From Archangium sp. (GTDB lineage: Bacteria > Myxococcota > Myxococcia > Myxococcales > Myxococcaceae): 15,714 nt of DNA. Position 1 is the first letter of the stretch, and the number at the start of each line of letters is the position of its first letter. The DNA is taken from the NCBI GenBank assembly GCA_031367385.1, contig JANLPS010000362.1, positions 1 through 15,714 on the forward strand. Reading direction: 5' to 3'. Positions 14,922-15,714 of this stretch are shown here, piece after piece. A program made the translations under genes and the position numbers. The notes beneath the pieces are model-generated. The model ran no database searches, was not told the origin of the DNA, and was given only the letters and a program-made list of their open reading frames with translations.

Positions 14922-15714
14922 GCACGGCGAAGCGGCGGCTCCCCGCGACGGTCATCGCGCTGAGCTTGACCAGCTTGTTCAATGACATCGGCACCGAGAT
15001 GGTTTTCCCCCTGCTGCCGGCGTTCTTGGTGATGCTCGGCGCGGGGCCGACGTTTCTCGGCCTGCTCGAGGGCGTCGCCGATGCGACCGGGGCACTGCTC
15101 AAGTATTTCAGCGGCGGGTGGTCAGACCGCATGTCGCGGCGAAAGCCACTGGTGTTGTTCGGGTACAGCGTGACGGCGCTGGTGAGGCCGTTGATCACGC
15201 TGGCGAGCGCTCCGTGGCATGTGTTGGCGGTGCGGGTGACTGATCGCGTGGGCAAGGGCGTTCGGGCGACTCCGCGTGATGTGCTGCTGGCGTCGAGCGT
15301 CGAGCCATCTGAGACCGGGCGCGCGTTCGGGTTTCACCAGGCGATGGATCATGCGGGCGCCGTCGCGGGGCCGCTGATCGCGACGATGCTGCTTGGGTTT
15401 CACGTGCCGATGCGCACGGTGTTCGCCATCGCCGCGATACCTGGCGTGCTGGCGGTGCTGTTCGTGCTGATCATCAAAGAGCGGCCGGTGACGCGGGTGG
15501 TGACGGGCAAGACCGACGTGGCGATGCCCTTGCCTCCGCGTTTGAAGGGGTTGCTGGGTATTTTTCTGGTCTTCGCGTTGGCGAATTCGTCAGACGCGTT
15601 CTTGTTGTTGCGGGCGAAAGAGTTGGGCGTGTCAGACGCGCTGCTGCCGGTGCTGTGGTGCGCGCTGAGCGTGTCGAAGATGGTGTGGTCGGTGCTCGGT
15701 GGCGCCTGGAGCGA
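14918..15714 (+). CDS. MFS transporter, 3'-truncated by window edge (not in ORF track)
   Basis: ATGA overlap with the HAD gene stop. Translation MSTAKRRLPATVIALSLTSLFNDIGTEMVFPLLP...GLLEG...SGGWSDRMSRRKPL...DRVGKGVRATPRDVLL...GRAFGFHQAMDHAGAVAGP shows multiple TM helices and MFS motif A; no stop before the end. Confidence 0.92.
   Translation, partial: MSTAKRRLPATVIALSLTSLFNDIGTEMVFPLLPAFLVMLGAGPTFLGLLEGVADATGALLKYFSGGWSDRMSRRKPLVLFGYSVTALVRPLITLASAPWHVLAVRVTDRVGKGVRATPRDVLLASSVEPSETGRAFGFHQAMDHAGAVAGPLIATMLLGFHVPMRTVFAIAAIPGVLAVLFVLIIKERPVTRVVTGKTDVAMPLPPRLKGLLGIFLVFALANSSDAFLLLRAKELGVSDALLPVLWCALSVSKMVWSVLGGAWS

Noticed and set aside
14322..15714. HAD phosphatase and MFS transporter as a heme/porphyrin export module
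   Set aside because: Both belong to widespread generic families and are separated from the hem genes by unrelated genes; nothing in the sequence links them to heme.

Overview
High-GC bacterial DNA, most consistent with a myxobacterium-like organism (inference from gene content). The core (552-11697) is a compact cluster encoding all nine steps from glutamyl-tRNA to protoheme, in two divergent arms. The left arm (minus strand) is hemE-hemY-hemA-hemC-hemL-[sensor kinase]-[OmpR/PhoB-family regulator]-hemH-hemF and the right arm (plus strand) is hemD-hemB. A two-component system is embedded in the heme operon with overlapping start/stop codons, and the divergent hemE/hemD gap contains a PhoB/OmpR-type 11-bp-period direct repeat, suggesting a dedicated heme-regulatory circuit. 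A short REP-like palindromic repeat occurs in tandem upstream of hemA and again, inverted and in frame, inside a divergent hemA, where the local G/C skew also flips. Flanking genes: the 3' end of a beta-propeller protein, a 41-aa membrane ORF missing from the ORF track, a lipoprotein, a TIGR02996-like/LRR protein, a HAD phosphatase and a 3'-truncated MFS transporter. All calls come from reading motifs; no database searches were run.
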